Below are positions 35,831-50,839 of a stretch of 64,000 nt of DNA, in pieces. This DNA is from Trichoplax sp. H2 (lineage: Eukaryota), in NCBI GenBank assembly GCA_003344405.1, contig NOWV01000282.1, positions 1 to 64,000 of the forward strand. The letters are read 5' to 3'. How positions within the stretch are numbered: position 1 is the first letter of the stretch; every line of letters starts with the position of its first letter. The notes below the pieces were generated by a model. That model saw only the letters and a program-made list of their open reading frames with translations. It was not told the origin of the DNA and did no database searches. Both the position numbers and the translations under genes were made by a program.

Positions 35831-38115
35831 TAACCTTGTCAAGTGGATAGCTGTTTCTACTTCATTCATGCCATGTCATGGATACAATCTTAACTTATGT
35901 TGATTTGACGTAGTGTATACTTGTATACCATCAATATAGAGTCAACTATTGATAGAAGAGAATGATCGATACAACAGGCACCAAAATTACATCTGTTTTC
36001 ATTCACTCCTTGTCAGTATACGATTATACTACATGGATTTTCGTATAAGCAAGTACTCCTGGTTATGATCTCGATTGAAAAATGGACCCATCTTCAGGTG
36101 GGGTTATAAGTTATAACCATGGCATTGAGTTTGGTTGCGGCTTTATTGATTCAACAAAACTTGGAGCATATTTCTTTGTTATTAAGGTCGCAACGTTAAA
36201 GAATAAACAGAGGAGGAACAATATAAGGCTTAAGGTTAATTTTTTTTGTCACAAGACAGCCACGTAATTAAATAATGATGGATAGCAAACAATAAAAAAA
36301 AATCAACGAATATCAATCTAATCGAAGCTGCCAATTTGTGTACAGAAGACACGAGGCCCTATTGATACAATGTATCATCCGAGACGATCACCATAATTGA
36401 ATAACGATCATTGGCTATGATAGCAATATGCAACTAATAATGGACCACATAGAACAATTTAGCAACAGTTCGTACCCCAACGTTAAGTACGATTAAGATG
36501 CACTCTGTACAGTAATCAGTAGAATTGTACATTTCATGACTAGGAAAATAGATTGTCGAATGTATAATACGTCCATGATCAGTTCCCAATATCGCCTGCT
36601 AGCTTTGCATGAAAGAGCATTAGAGGATGATTTACTTGCATTATAGAATTGATAACGCTATCCTCGACATAGTTTGACGCTGTGTAATGAAATTATGGTC
36701 ATTAGGTTATCATTCTACTTGCATTATTTTAATCCTGCAGACTTTATACGAATTGTATCAAATTAGGCTATTGATCCATTCTATGCAACAGTGAATTATT
36801 CTAATAATGCTTTTATTGTTGTTTATGAAGAATTATTTAGTACAGTATGAGTAGGTCAAGTGAAGACAATTCAAGGCCAATTAGTGATCACGTCTATCAA
36901 TTTACAAGCTATGCATGCAAATAATTACGTACGGTCAAGATTTCAGTTTGAAAAGAGTCGCTTGTGACTAGTCGACGGCAAGAATCATTGATAAAAAGTG
37001 TCGAATTAGTCACCATACCTGTAACTAATTTTGATTCACGACATGATTAGACAAAAAACGATCAAAGTGCCGGTTTGTTCAGATTTCTAGTTTTAATCCG
37101 ACTGCAGGCGGCAACTAATAATGATCTAGGCACGATTGGAGAATAAGTCACGATTCATTCTTGCGCTTTTACTGTGTTCTACCTAACAGTACCGTCATGA
37201 TTCAATAATTGTTGATTGCTGATTAATCAATCGCCATTGAATATCCAAACGACGTCTCATTTTAGTGTGTTGTATAGTATAGTACTTGTGTATACATCCT
37301 ATTTCTAAACGAGGGTCAACTTGACCTGGCGAACTTCTTCAATACTCATGAAGGATCTAGCTGCAGCTTTAACTCCTACTGGGGAAAATGATAATCCTGT
37401 ACAGTATACTGGAAAATCTTGTGTACTGCATTATGAGTAAAAGGGCTGATTGTCTTTCTCCCCTTTTATCCTTTTTGACCGTGACTTGTGACAGCCTTTG
37501 TCTCTCCATCTTGAATTAAGCGCTTGCTGCACTGAAAGCGTCTGGCTATCCCTGACTTGGCCCACTGACCTTCCCGTAAGCTATAAGTCATTGTTTCCAT
37601 TCTAGTATTCTTTCTTTCTTTTCTTCCTTCCTAAACGAGCTAGTAGGCTAGTGCATTGCTGCCGTAGCAACCTGCCACCCGTATTTCTGGCTCACGCGAT
37701 TTCTCCCGACCGTTATAACGGTCGTCGACAATCTACTCGTATTTTCACAACGTCTACAGCATACATAGCCTTTCCAATTTCCATCTCCCATGAATGCAGA
37801 GATGGCACCTGCAGTCATTGATGAGTGCATTAAGGATGCAGCTGTCTATTCGATGATAGTGCACTGGTAAAATTCTATCCTTGAAATTGGTTGCAATGAA
37901 GAAGGAAAGGAAACATCATCTCCTTAGTGCTGATATACCGTAAAGTAATGCTGTCCTTCAGTGTACTTCTCGAGTGCGCAAAACAGGTATGTACACCCCA
38001 TACAGTACTGTACATTTAGCGTACAATGCACATGGGACTTGAACTCTTGAAGGAGTCCATGGTCTGTACGTCTGTAAGCGGTGTACACGACTTGAACTCG
38101 GACTCTAGGGTGCGA

Positions 38116-38232
38116 TTTGGGGTTCACCATTAGCGTGGTGATGCAAGTGTTTGGATAGTGCTTGCAGTCATTTTGAGTTCACCATTTCTGTGGTGATGCA
38201 AGAGTTTGGATAGTGCTTGCAGTCATTTTGGG
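38116..38232 (+). repeat. Two-copy 55-bp tandem repeat
   Basis: gttcaccat...gtggtgatgcaag.gtttggatagtgcttgcagtcattttg begins at 38122 and again at 38177. Confidence 0.9.
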
Positions 38233-38825
38233 CTTAGAGAATCACCAACTAATTCGATCGAGTTCGGCTTGCGTTTTCACTCCATTCAGCCTTGAAGCCT
38301 TTCATTAGCGCAGCCGCTATTGCAGTTGTTCTTAGACTTATGGCTGCCGTATTAAAATAACACCGTTATACGATAAGCATTGAAGGCTAAATAACTGAAG
38401 GGAAAAAATGAGCTCCATGGATGTTACTTCCATCTTAATAAGGACTCTAGTCCGGAAAGTAAGGAGTGGACGGCAACCAGTGCGAAATAATGATGAGGTT
38501 GACTATTCTGGGATCATTCTACTATACACGCTATCTGCGCATTTGTAGTGTTACCTCAAATAAGCTGAAGACGAAGATTCTATAGTCCAGAGAGAGTCTG
38601 ATTGCAGCTAGATAATCCTTGGTAGCTGTAAGACGAACCTAATCTCATAAACTAAAGTCAAGTTTTCAAGAAACTGGAGTTCTTGCTGTATTTTCTATGC
38701 ATGTCTTACCTGCAGTATGCGCGTCTGTGTAAAGTCAATGTCGTAAATTAAGCATCAGTCATAGGCTAGCGCAAAGCTTGTCTGCGACATCAATTTTACA
38801 CACTGTAGGTCTACACCAGTTTTGC

Positions 38826-38892
38826 CCGTCCCTGAAAAATAATAATAATTATTATTATTAAAAAATAAATAATTATTATTAACCAGGGACGG
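38826..38892. repeat. Small fold-back element with GC-rich inverted ends around an (AAT)/(ATT) core
   Basis: ccgtccctg at 38826-38834 and cagggacgg at 38884-38892; the inner aataataatt/aattattatt blocks are also complementary. Confidence 0.7.
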
Positions 38893-39682
38893 ACGGAGAA
38901 CGGAAGTTATGTGCAAAATGACCATTTAGCTTGACTATTTTGCGGTCATTCTACTATACGCTATCGCTGAAACCGTCTACTAGACTGTACAAAACCAACT
39001 TAGCAACCGCCAATCCTGGATAGTATAGTGCACCGTTTTAGACATACGATTCCATTAAGATGACCAGCAAAATCGTCAGCTAGATCGTTTTTACTCTACT
39101 TGATCTGCTAAATAGTGCTGTTGAAGATAACTTTCTGACTCGATATCCAGAAATCAAACTGAGTAAAATTGATGTACCGTATCACTGGTATCATACTATA
39201 ACCTGCCCTATTCAACCTACACAAACAACACCAGTCAAACCATAGTACAGTATGGCAACTGGATAGAGGAAGATTAAGCCAAACTGCGCCTGAGCAGTTT
39301 CAAACTTTGCGCGGTTTTTTGTTTACTGCCTAAAGATTGCCACTTAATCCTCGCTAATCCTCGCTGTAGAGCGTTGTTTTAGGCCTACAATAATTGTCAA
39401 TTTTAGATTGCAGTGTTGTAGATTGAAATTAAAACTTGGAAATACTCTTGCAGCACTTCTAAAACTGCAATCATTAATCATTTGTTGTGTGGAGGTTCTA
39501 TGTACGATGGATTGAGTGGGTCATCATGTTTCGATCTACCTCAACATCGCCAATCAAGCAAGAGTGAAGAGCCAAAGCCAAAGATTAAACTACGATATAC
39601 AAGTAAAGGAGAATTGAAATCTAGCCTAGTTTGCTAATTAAGTTGCACCATTTCCGATTGAAGCTGTTTATGACAAGTCAAA

Positions 39683-42600
39683 ATGGAAGAAAAGTTACAA
39701 GAAGTAAGGCATCCTTCTTATTGATAAATCAAACCCTTGCAGCTTGATGAAACTACGATCAAGCTTCCACTATATAGTATAGGCGTACTGCACTTAGTGG
39801 ACTGAACTGTAGTTTGGTAGTACCGTAGACAAGTAGATTTAGATATTGTTTCATATTTATCTTGTCTAGCTTTTGCAGTAATCTTATCATGAGAAAAACT
39901 GTAGGTAGTATCAACGGATAGTTCTACACGATTTAGCCATGATACAATAGTGTCTTTTCTAGCTTTTAGCGCTGATAATGAGGAATACTGTAGACCAATA
40001 TCAATTTATCATCTTTCAGTTTATTCAATAACAGTAGTTCACGATCCAACGGTTGTATAGCTTCCTTGATGTCTACTATAAATTTAGCCATGATAAATAC
40101 TGGATTACAGTATCTAGCTTATGGAGTAAGCATATCACATAGAATCAAACCGACCGATCATTTATCAATTGATGACTCCTTGTTGTATAATAATACAATT
40201 CATCATGACAAGCATAGAAGAAGTGCAGGTGGGCTTGAAGCTCGCTTTCATTAGGATACTACTTCGTCGGACGTTGGTAGTTTGAAATGAATGGAATACT
40301 GTAGCAAACGATCAAAGCTTAAATATGGAACTACTTTCTATTTGTAAATACATGTATGTGCTGTAGGATAGTACTAGCAGGATATAAGGCAAAATAAATA
40401 ACTCAATTCGAGTCCATGTGCAGTATGCAATGATAATGATAAGCAAGTATTCCTACTGTAGTAGCTGTAATACAGTGTCTATCCAAAATTGTAAATGCAA
40501 CGTTTTGTTATTAAGATCCATAGCTGGCTTGAGAGATTGTTCGATGGACAACCTGTACCGCAATACGAAGTCAATGCTACTACTATGAATATGTTGGAGA
40601 ATTTATATAAATTAAATCAAGTTTGTGACAACGATGCACACAATCTCATTGAAGATGTTAAGCAAAAGGCTTTAGAATATAGCTACGAAGGTAAATGAAA
40701 GTACTGTAGTTATAGCTCTAAACAATCATACGCGTATAGTATGTAGGATTGTAGCCCATTATTTTCGACATCATTTGCAGAGCTCTGCTGGATAAGTAAT
40801 TGTGTGTGAAAATTATTGACACTCGAATAGTATAAAGTTCTTGTCCCTGAAATACTTTTATTGACCACGATAACTTAGCTGGTTGTAAATCGATCATTTT
40901 CATAGTAGTATTTACATTCAATATTACCCAGTAGTAACGTGAAGCACAATATTACATTGCATTCTAGTAATAGGAAATTAGGATAGGCATAATTCGGGCT
41001 CTTTACCCTGATGGATTGATATCAGATTTATTTACTTTTTCAACGGGAATAGCGCTATTTAGTTTTTTAAAGCACATGAATTTAATATTTCTTAAGCAAG
41101 TGTTTGCAACTTTCAGCTCTTCGACTATCGACAATCCTTTCCACACTTGGACTAGACAAAAGTAGCCTATCACAATCCGGCAATGTCAGCTTAAACAACC
41201 TAGCTAAAATAGCATTAATTCTGAAATTAAAAGACACCTCGATAAGTAGGTATGCAAGCAAAGAGTTCAACGATGTAGTATATTCATGGAAGATCATACA
41301 TACTAAGTGCTATGGTGAATTGCTATGATTGCACATAATTAACGAATGTGATTATAGTTATTAATAATTACAACTTTGATATGGACGCCTTTTAGTTACT
41401 ATTGTGGCATTCATCACTTGGCACGCGACACTAGATCAGTAGAACGAATGCACAACATGGAGAAAAGATTAATTGATGCCCTAACTATCAAGCATAGGGA
41501 CAGTATTGTCAAATCCAGTGCATTAAAAAGGTCTGTCATTTGGTATAAATGGATATCTTCTCTGCTTCGCTTACAATAGTGATTGTGTAACATGATTATG
41601 TAGGACATTACGCGAACTAACTGACCATGCAGCTGAAACTGAACCAAAATTAGAGCAACGTTTGCGAGAAACAGCCTTTTTAGGACGTAAAAGTCAAGAA
41701 TATCAAAAAATTATTACAGAACTAAAGGTATGACTTCGCGAAATTATATTCTTAGCATGATATTATTTGATAAAGCCTTAGCCGATTGTATTCCGTCTTT
41801 AGCAAGTTTATAATGTTGTTTCATATCAATGTAGTAAATGGCAGATTATTTTATATCGCGTTCAGGTTATGATTAAAGCATTTGTCATTAGCAAGCAGCG
41901 ACATCGACGCGTACGGTGGGATTACCCACCAGTAAAATAATTTTCAGCTACTGCATAGGAATCAAAAGTTATGCCGTTCTCCTATTAATTGCATTAAAAT
42001 CTTATTGCAGAATACTTACGCTGGATAGTTGTACTATTTAATGTTAGCAAAATATCATAATATTACATACGCATATTACCTGCTTAGGGTTCTGATTAGA
42101 GTCACGTTTATCTTGATTTTGTTAAAGTCATTAATGCATAAATAACAAATTTCAGAAAGCAAATAAAGAAGTAAATATGGATCCCTCACTTTATCATTCC
42201 AACCTTGTTAAAAGAGCAAAGGTTAAAAATTTACTAGCTAATAATTGTTTAATAGATTCTACTTAGTTAACGTTATAACTATCTCAAGAGCTCACAGTAT
42301 CACACTTAGCTACCATAAATTATGATATACGTAATCAACCATCAGTAATTGATTTTAGACGTTTGTTTAAGTTATATGATTAATAACAAGCCCACTGCCG
42401 TTTAGGATCTACAAATGCTAAAAGAAGAACTTGCACCATTACAAGCTAAATGGAAATCATACCATAGCTTGCCAGCTGTAAGTCATCCTTTAAAGACTGC
42501 AGATAACTTTTGAATTGATTCATGTAAATTACATACCCTTATCGTACATATTTTTCATCATAATATTGTCTACTCTCCTAGGATATTTCATTAGCAAAGG

Positions 42601-42780
42601 TCAAGCTAGAAGAGGCAAAGCAAGAAATGGTTAGTTGGGTGATAAACTAATTTATCCGTTCTTATCTATTATATTTATCCGAAATTGTTCTAAAGGATTG
42701 ATCTAAATGTTGCTATTATATCTCGCTATCATTAGGTGCGTCTTGAAATGGAATTAGAACGGCGAATTGGTAGCATCTAA
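39683..42780 (+). CDS. HAUS1: HAUS augmin-like complex subunit 1, ~9 exons
   Basis: Exons: 39683-39703 (MEEKLQE), 40516-40690 (IHSWLERLFDGQPVPQYEVN...EDVKQKALEY, matching the HAUS1 N-terminus), 41117-41249 (LKDTS), 41396-41530, 41604-41727, 42156-42221, 42406-42477 (SYHSLPA), 42582-42629 (DISLAKVKLEEAKQE), 42736-42780 (stop). Confidence 0.88.
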
Positions 42781-44250
42781 AATATTATAATTCGGTTCTA
42801 TCATCTGTATATTTTTTATATACTCGTAATAGATCCTTGAATAATCTTGTTCGTGTGGGAAGAAAGAAATGTATATTCCGTATCTTAACCGTTTTGCTCC
42901 ATGCGAAAGATAGCTATAAAACAATAACTTCGAATTAAATGCAGCCGCAAGTGATAAAAGCTACATTGATAGCGTTAGAAAGGCTACGATTCGGATTTCT
43001 AGTACCATGTTATCGTAATACTCGGCTAACACACAAGTATTACTAATTGTAAAACTTTTGACATTGTTTACGTTTTATCATTTTATTTGATTAAAATTTA
43101 ATATTAGATGGTCAAGTTAAACTTTAATATTTCATGTTGACCTTGTTTACTTCATATCGCAAGTGCTACCTAATATTACAAGACTTGATGTTTCCAGAAA
43201 GTCATCATCATATTCATGAAGCCTCGGACTACTACAAAGCATTCTAGAAGTCCGTAACTATGATAAAACTGCAGATGCATAGCAAATACTGTACAGTTGG
43301 CCTGAACTACCTGAAGTTGAAAGGCAGGAAGACACCAAATTTATAGTATCATCTGAAATAAAATGAAAACAATTTCCGCCAAAGCGATCGATCCGATTAC
43401 AATTGACTACTACAGTACATGCATGATCCATTCAACATCCCACTGCTTAAAAAGGCGATCCAAGAATTTTTTAGATAAATATTAAACACAAATACATTAA
43501 TACGAAAAACATTTAATATACTATTCGTATGTCTGAAAAATAATTAACCATGCCAAATAATTCGCAATAGTCGACATAGTTTGATATAATTGATTTGGAT
43601 TCTATCTACAATCTTCCATTGCACTGCTCATGCATAGTGCAATGCTGCAAAACAGAATTATGCGATCCACAAGGATAGATAAACAAATAGCAAATTATGA
43701 TAATAACTAGAGCATCACGAAGCTTTAGCCAAACACTTGTGGTTTGATATAGCCTGGCCCCGTACCTACAGTATGCCGATATAATACAATGTGATGCAAG
43801 TGATATAATATCTTAAAATTGATCAAGCATCTCTCTTTAGGCAAGAATCTTCATAAGAGTCGGTAACACTTAAAGATCAAAATAAAATGTAAAATTCCTT
43901 TGACAGCATCCATCAATTTACAAATCGGATTTGTACCATAAATTATAACGTACGTACATTACAACCTACTAACCAAGGACACAGTAAGATAATGTGGAAC
44001 GTAACATCATGGCATGTAAGCTAATAATTATAATTTATCCAAGTGCATTGCATATGTCACAAAGAAATATACTTTAACAACGCAATATAAACCAATTAGT
44101 GAGTGTATCAACTATTTTAGTAATAATATACATGAATATCAGTTTTATATTATTAGCAACAAAACGCCATGAATTATTTCTTCTACAAATACTTTCCAGT
44201 CTTCAACAGTATCAACAAGTGATACAAACTAATACCAATAATCTTTATTA

Positions 44251-47200
44251 TTAAAGCTTTTTCTTTTTTATGTATACCCTTGGTGTGTTGTCACCATCAT
44301 TTGTACGATCCCTAGTTCGTGACCATTCTAGCAGTCCAAAGGACTCTAATACAGTATCATCAACATACCAGTGCATTTTAACATCGGAATCACGGCGCTC
44401 CTTTTGAGCCATCGATAAAATTTTAACCTCTATTTGTCTTTTAGAAATTGCATAACTTTCAATCTCACTAGTATGACTAGGTGAAACCTGGTTACTATTA
44501 CTTGTAATATCAGTAGAGCCTGAAATCTCGTCCGATTTACGTTTAGGACTATCAAGGTCAGAGTTAGCTGCAGACGATGCAACCTTTAAGCTATTTTCAG
44601 GCTGTAAATCTGCTTTTATCTCATTTTCGCTTTGCTTTTTATACCAGAAGTCTCTAAATTCTTCGATAAGTCTCTGAAGGCTATTTGTACTACCATGGAT
44701 CAATTTTATTAAATCTGGCAATGCTATACATAACAAATACAACAAGATTAGAAACTTAAATTGCTTCTCCTTATTACAATGTAAATAAATTAATAATGAC
44801 TATGCTAATATCTAACCTTCTTCTGGAACTCTACCCTCTTTACCACCCCTACCACGACGAGTTGCAGGACTATTTCCATTTTTGGTGTTGCTTTGATCGC
44901 TAGTATGTTTTTCACTTGTCTTAATTGACTTTGTATCTTGAAAATCTGGATTAATAGGAAAATCGAGCAGTGGTTTACAAGCACAATTCTCGAGGAGGTA
45001 GTGGGATTTTCCTGTACTCGACCATGAGCATCCTATTACTAAGGGCTGTAATTGTTTACACTTTCGCTGTATATCTGCTTCCCAAGTCTTAGCTTTAGTA
45101 ACAGGCTGGGGAGATTTTCCTTCATTACCACCGTCATTTTCATCCGAGCAAACACCTTCATCAGCAGATAAGTATCCATGCGGAACAAAAAATCCGTCAT
45201 CATCATCTTCATCTTCGTCAGATTCCGCTTCGTTCTATCATAAACAAGATTTTTTTAATGGAATCATTTGGAGAATGCAATCTGATTAGAATAGCATCAC
45301 TATATAATTAAAACATTGAAAACTAGAGAAATTGGTTGTATCATGCATTGTTATTTCAACCTCTAGTAACATTGGTCTTGTTCCAACATACCTCACTCTG
45401 AGATAGGCTTTCTCCTGGATCATCTTCTTCCCAATCTCCATCACTGTCGTATTCATAGTTTACTAATTTCTAAAGCCAATAAGGAATAAAATTAGAAAAA
45501 ATTTATTTGTAACATATAAGACATAAAATTCACAAAAAACGATGTCCAGTAACCCTGCATGTCATCCACTTGTCAATCACAATTACCACTAATAAATTAG
45601 TATAGTAAGCAAATTCTACCTCATCTTTACGCCAAGGATTTCTTGGAGAAATTGTTTTCGAACTTTTTCTCCATGTACCGAAATACGCCGGTCGATAATT
45701 GTCATGAAATTGCAAAAATTTAATGGCTACCATTTCTTGATGTCTAAATTGTACTTCCTCAGCTGCGGTTATTTCCATCACTGCTTCTTGACAAGTATTC
45801 GAAGACTTTGAATTTCGAACAAGAAAGACCTGTCCGTTGGTGGCATGTTTTGCAACCATATGATAGTCATCACTATTAGCGTCTTTATTATTGCTTCTTA
45901 AATTCTTCGAAACAATTCCTTTGGAATTTCGTAGTTGTTGGATAGACAATTCTCTGTCAAAATCCTATCAAATATTTAAACAAATCATTACCACTTTCTG
46001 GGATGACTAAGCAGTCAATTATCGTAGTTCCATAATATTTGAGATAAATACATGAGACTATTTAGAAACCTGTTTCTGTAACTCTTCTTCAAATTTCGTT
46101 GGATCCAGTATTGCAGACGAAACAGTTGGCGCAAGCGTCATACCTGGTTTCAACTCAAAAGCTGGAAAATGGTTCAGGCCTTGCGCTGGTGCAATCTATA
46201 AACGGTAAATGCAGAATAATAAACTACATACATCTCAGGTTAATTGTAGTGATACTGTGGAATTCCTTTTATTGTCCAGTTAATTAAACTGGAAGCATTA
46301 CCCATTTATTCTAAAAAATTGAATAATGTAAATGTAAATACTACCAATTATTAAATCACTACTAAGCTACCATAGAGATTTTTTAACTATACCTTTGTTG
46401 ATTCGGGTTTCGGTGCCTTGATGAAAAACTTGGCGAATGTGTCACGCTCCTTCTGTTTCTTGCGTAACTACATAAAGATGGTAGATTTACTTTTTTAGGT
46501 CAAGCAATATCATATAGGTAGCAACAAAGCTGCAGCATTCGAGCTTAACAATCTCGAAGTATATCCCTCCAATAATTAATTAATCAATGTGCTCAATACA
46601 TCTACCATAATCATACATATTCATATAATTTTAGGAAAATGCATAATACTGTATGGTGACTCAATCATCATCGTTAAAATAAAATAATGTTAATCTTGAA
46701 TAATTGTTTAAGTATATCGGCTAACCTCTTCATTTTCAACCTTTTGCTTTTCCTCCTCTTTTTTCCTTTTTTCTTGTTGACGAGCACTGCAGTAAGGCAT
46801 GAAGAGAAAAGAAATTACAGACCATCATTTTATTTGCAATTATTACTGAATGTGGTAACTTGCGATACGAAATACTATCCTATTTTACTGCGTATTTATA
46901 GCCCAAGATTATACAAATTTTACATTACAATAGTTTTGCAAGTAGGTATAAAATAAACTTAAGGGACATACAGCTTGTCTTGTTCCTTCTGCTTTCTTTT
47001 CTCTTCCATTAACTTATCTTTGGCTTCTTGTCTCTCTTTCTTTTTTCTATCACTTTCTAGGCGTTTCTCCTCTTTCTCCTTCGCCAACTGCTCACGCTTT
47101 ATTTCTAGCATAACTTGTCGTTCCTTCAGTTTTTGCTCCTTCTCTTGTCGCAGTGCTTCTTTCCTGTTCTCTTGCTGCCTTCGTTTCTCTTCACTTTTTC

Positions 47201-48833
47201 GCTTCTTTTCTTCTTCCTGCTCTAAAAGCCTCTCTTCCGCTAGGCGTCGCTTCTCCTCTCGCCTCTTCTGACGTTCTTCTTCTATCATTCGCTTTTTTTC
47301 TTCCTCTCTTTGCAACCGTTTCTCTTTTTTTAATCGTTGCTTTTCTTCTTTTGCTTTCTTACGCTCTAGCTCTTTTAACTGTTTCTGCTTTTCATCAGAT
47401 TCAGGATCTTTTTTGATCTTCTTTTTCCTGGAATGACTATTGTCGTCGCTCTCCACATGGCGTTTTTTAGGTGAGTCTACGCTGTGACATTGATTCAGTG
47501 TTGTATCACTATCTTCGTCTTCACTACTTTCTTTCGATGTAGTACTGGTGCTATATGCACATTCTTCCTTTAATAATTCATTGAGTGAGTTACAATCAGA
47601 GATCGATTCCACCTATAAGCCAGGAGACATTTAATAGGAAGTTAATGACATTAAATTAAATTTATACCATTTCTCTCTCTGTCCATGTGATATTATAATT
47701 TCAGTTACTGATAGACGCAGTAAATGTAACATAAAAGTGTAATCCAACTTAAAATTGAGTTTCTATAATGGGTTACAAAGTTTGTGACTAAGTCAGTGAT
47801 TACCATTACAACGATTTCTACTGTAAATCTTGTACGTGTGATACTACTCAAGTTTTAGGAAACATTTAAGGTAATTTTTTACCCCTACAGCAACTTCAGG
47901 GGAACTGAATAAACCAATGCAAATACGCGAAGCACATTTTTTTGAAGGTGTTTCTTGTTTTCTATTAGGTGAAGTAGGTACCATTTTTAGGTCATCCTTG
48001 GATTCAGTTTGATCACATTTGTCCATTGAGGAAGCATACGTTATTGAGCCTTCATCATGTGCACTCAGGTCAGTCATGTTACCATTACTAGTTGATTGGT
48101 CTTCTTTCGATTGAGACTTTGCGCTGGATAGGAAGGATGTCAATGGTGCTGGAAAAATAATTGGAAGTTTAAAGTTAGCTGTCAAGCAATAAGTCTTCCA
48201 ATTACCAACAAGTACTACAACAGCTAAAATAGGTATACGTAATGCCATGTATTAGGGTTTACTTTAAAATAGCCACACGTCGAAACGGCAAGCATAAGCG
48301 AGTTAATTGTCGATTTGTTTATACATACGCGTCTATCGCTAATGACAATAATTCTGAACTTCAAATGATATCAATGATATAGGCGATTTTTACTCTAGTA
48401 TCTAAATGTCTAATCAAATGTGATGGAAATAAATTTAAAATCTATCATACTGTAAATAGTACGCTAAATAATCTTTGTCGATACCACAGTGCACCCTCCT
48501 ATACAAGTTTATGAGATGAAAAGTGAGATTTTCTTGTTGCATATAATATCATCCACCTATATTAATAGGGTATCCTTACTGAACGACGACCATGCCGATA
48601 TAGACGATGATATTCTCAGAATGTCAAGAAAAAATTGAGCAAACGATAGAATAGTACAGGGTATGGCATATACTTGCGCGCACTACAACGTCTTTCTAAT
48701 GCACACACACTCTTTCCAATGGGCTATGATGCCTGAGAATTATCCATTTTCTTACCTTGCTTCATCTTCTTGTGACTGCCGGGACTGGATTCACCCTTAT
48801 TTTTATTGGTATTGGCATTGCTGCGATTTGAAC
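44251..48833 (-). CDS. CHAF1A: Chromatin assembly factor 1 subunit A (p150), multi-exon; first coding exon not resolved and 3' end slightly uncertain
   Basis: Spliced PIP box KQ|APLTSFL (exons 48833-48756 and 48148-47883), KER coiled coil (exon starting 47612), KFLQFHDNYRPAYFGTW...PRNPW, NYEYDSDGDWEEDDPGESL, DDDGFFVPHGYLSADEG and a C-terminal winged-helix segment (LPDLIKLIHG...SKRQIEVKI...WYV). Confidence 0.92.
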
Positions 48834-50536
48834 CTGTAACAGAAATGCTGAATTCAGTGTACGTATACAGTACTCTAAAAATAGCTAATCATTGGATTTG
48901 TTATTGATCGTATCCTATGGGCTTTATCCAATAATATAATCTTATCCTGTAAATTGTCTACTCTACTGCACATGTAACAACATGATCAGGGATTATTGCA
49001 GTTGTCTCATTTCCTTGTCCAGTCGATTTTAACAATACACCTTTTAAGCAATCTTTAATACTTGCTGAATTTTTTTTACTGACATTTGATTAGACATGCC
49101 AATGTAAAACATGAGATTAAACTAGCAGCTAGCATCTGGGTTGTTTATTGATTCAATTGTAACATTTCCAGACTTTTACACTACATCTCAAGTAGTGGAC
49201 GTTGCATAAGAAATAAGCTAAGCTGCTCCTTTATCTGTGCATCCAATAGCAAGCATCTATTGAGCAAGATCGCAAGTAACATACCGATGGATTTCGAATA
49301 CGTTATAAAGCTGAATCTGTACCATAAATCTATAAGCATGCTATTTTACTCCAATAGAAGTTTGTTTTCCCACCTCAGCCTGGTTAATAACCACTTTCTG
49401 ATTCGCTACTTTCAATATGTGGTAGAAAAGAATGGATAGATTGGCTATTTATGGATTGCGTTGTCTAGTCTCCTTCATTAGTGAACAGTTTTTTGTGAAC
49501 CACCTGCCTTGAGCAAGACTATTTTTTAGGATACACAGTACATTGAGTAGGATCTGCCTATACTATTGTATAGGAGTTGTATGCTTACTCGTCAAAACAG
49601 AACTGTAGCAAATCGATATGTGGATATTGCATTCTTGATCTACTCGATCGATTAAATTGATTCGTTGAATGGATCGGATTAGTAAGATTGCTAAAGAGTA
49701 GAAAACTGCAATTTGTGTGCTTATCCATCGCTAATACAAGTATGATGAAACTAAACTACGGTGAAATGGACGAGTTGTTTGGTACTTTTGTATGCAGAAT
49801 TGTGTTTGACATGTTGGATTTTCAAAGTTGCATCCGCCCCCGATCGATTGAAGTCGATATAGTGAGAATAGCAATGGATAGCAATGGATTAAATTAGGCA
49901 ATAGGAGAGGAATAGCCATTTCTATGCCTAAACTCTACAGGCTATTCCTGCCTATTTCATAATCAATACTGTAGGATCGACTGTTCTAGCAAACTATCCC
50001 TTGCAACGATAGGAGACAAAACAACCAGCTTTGGGGGAAAGCGAAATATTACCATACTACTCTATTGTACTGTATTGTACTTCGTGGTATCTCTATTTCA
50101 TCGTTGAACGTATTTTTATCGACATTGATCAACATTGAAGCGATCCATGACTGATGAAGAGAATGAAATCAAAGCAATACTGTCTTGTCCATGGACAACA
50201 TTATCCAATCCAATTGATGTTCATCGATGCATTTGCTATGGCACACGATGACCTATCAGGCCATGACAACATGCCATCACCAATATCAATACACTCTTTC
50301 TTACCTAATATGCTATACCTAGCCATGATAGCAACAATTGCCTACGCTAGGAGATCAATCCAATCAAGGAGTTTCGATTCGATGCCAAAATAATGCTTCA
50401 ATATTACCAAACTATTCTATCAAGAGCTTGCACGTAGCTGGCTTTCCTCTCCAAAATTTGCTGGACAAGGCACAAATGACTAATGGAAGACTCATTGGCA
50501 GTCTGATACTGTACCGAGACCGCTTGAAGTCGAAAA

Positions 50537-50570
50537 TTGGCGGCAATTTCATCTCCAATCGCGCATGCGT
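50537..50570. promoter_or_regulatory. Candidate CHAF1A promoter motifs: E2F-like, CCAAT and NRF1-like
   Basis: ttggcggc at 50537-50544, ccaat at 50555-50559 and gcgcatgcgt at 50561-50570, in a locally GC-rich island upstream of CHAF1A. Confidence 0.45.
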
Positions 50571-50839
50571 GGGGCTTGTGCCATGGCTACAACTCAACTT
50601 GCAGCTCTACGGAGTGGTGGACAGTCTGCACGGTCGGCGATGAACGCGACAGTATACAGCACTAGATTGGCGTCCGGACGTACGGTTATCCAAGGCGTAT
50701 TGGGGCATTTTCCTACTGTATTGTGCCATCATCCAGTACCGCTATACTGTACGCTATTACGTTTGGTCCAATTGAAGCAGTATTTTGGTATTGTACAGTC
50801 TGTCGGTCAGGGCCAGGCAACGACTGTCCTCGAAGGCTC

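Noticed and set aside
38071..38150. tRNA-like sequence on the minus strand (gagttcaagtc B-box-like)
   Set aside because: The T-stem and acceptor stem do not pair, and no cloverleaf could be built.
46975..47416. Plus-strand ORFs of 98 and 87 aa
   Set aside because: Antisense shadows of the CHAF1A KER exon.
48270..48300. LPFRRV segment resembling the vertebrate CHAF1A N-terminal RLPF motif
   Set aside because: There is no usable splice acceptor, and the junction to 48148 already yields a canonical PIP box (QAPLTSFL).
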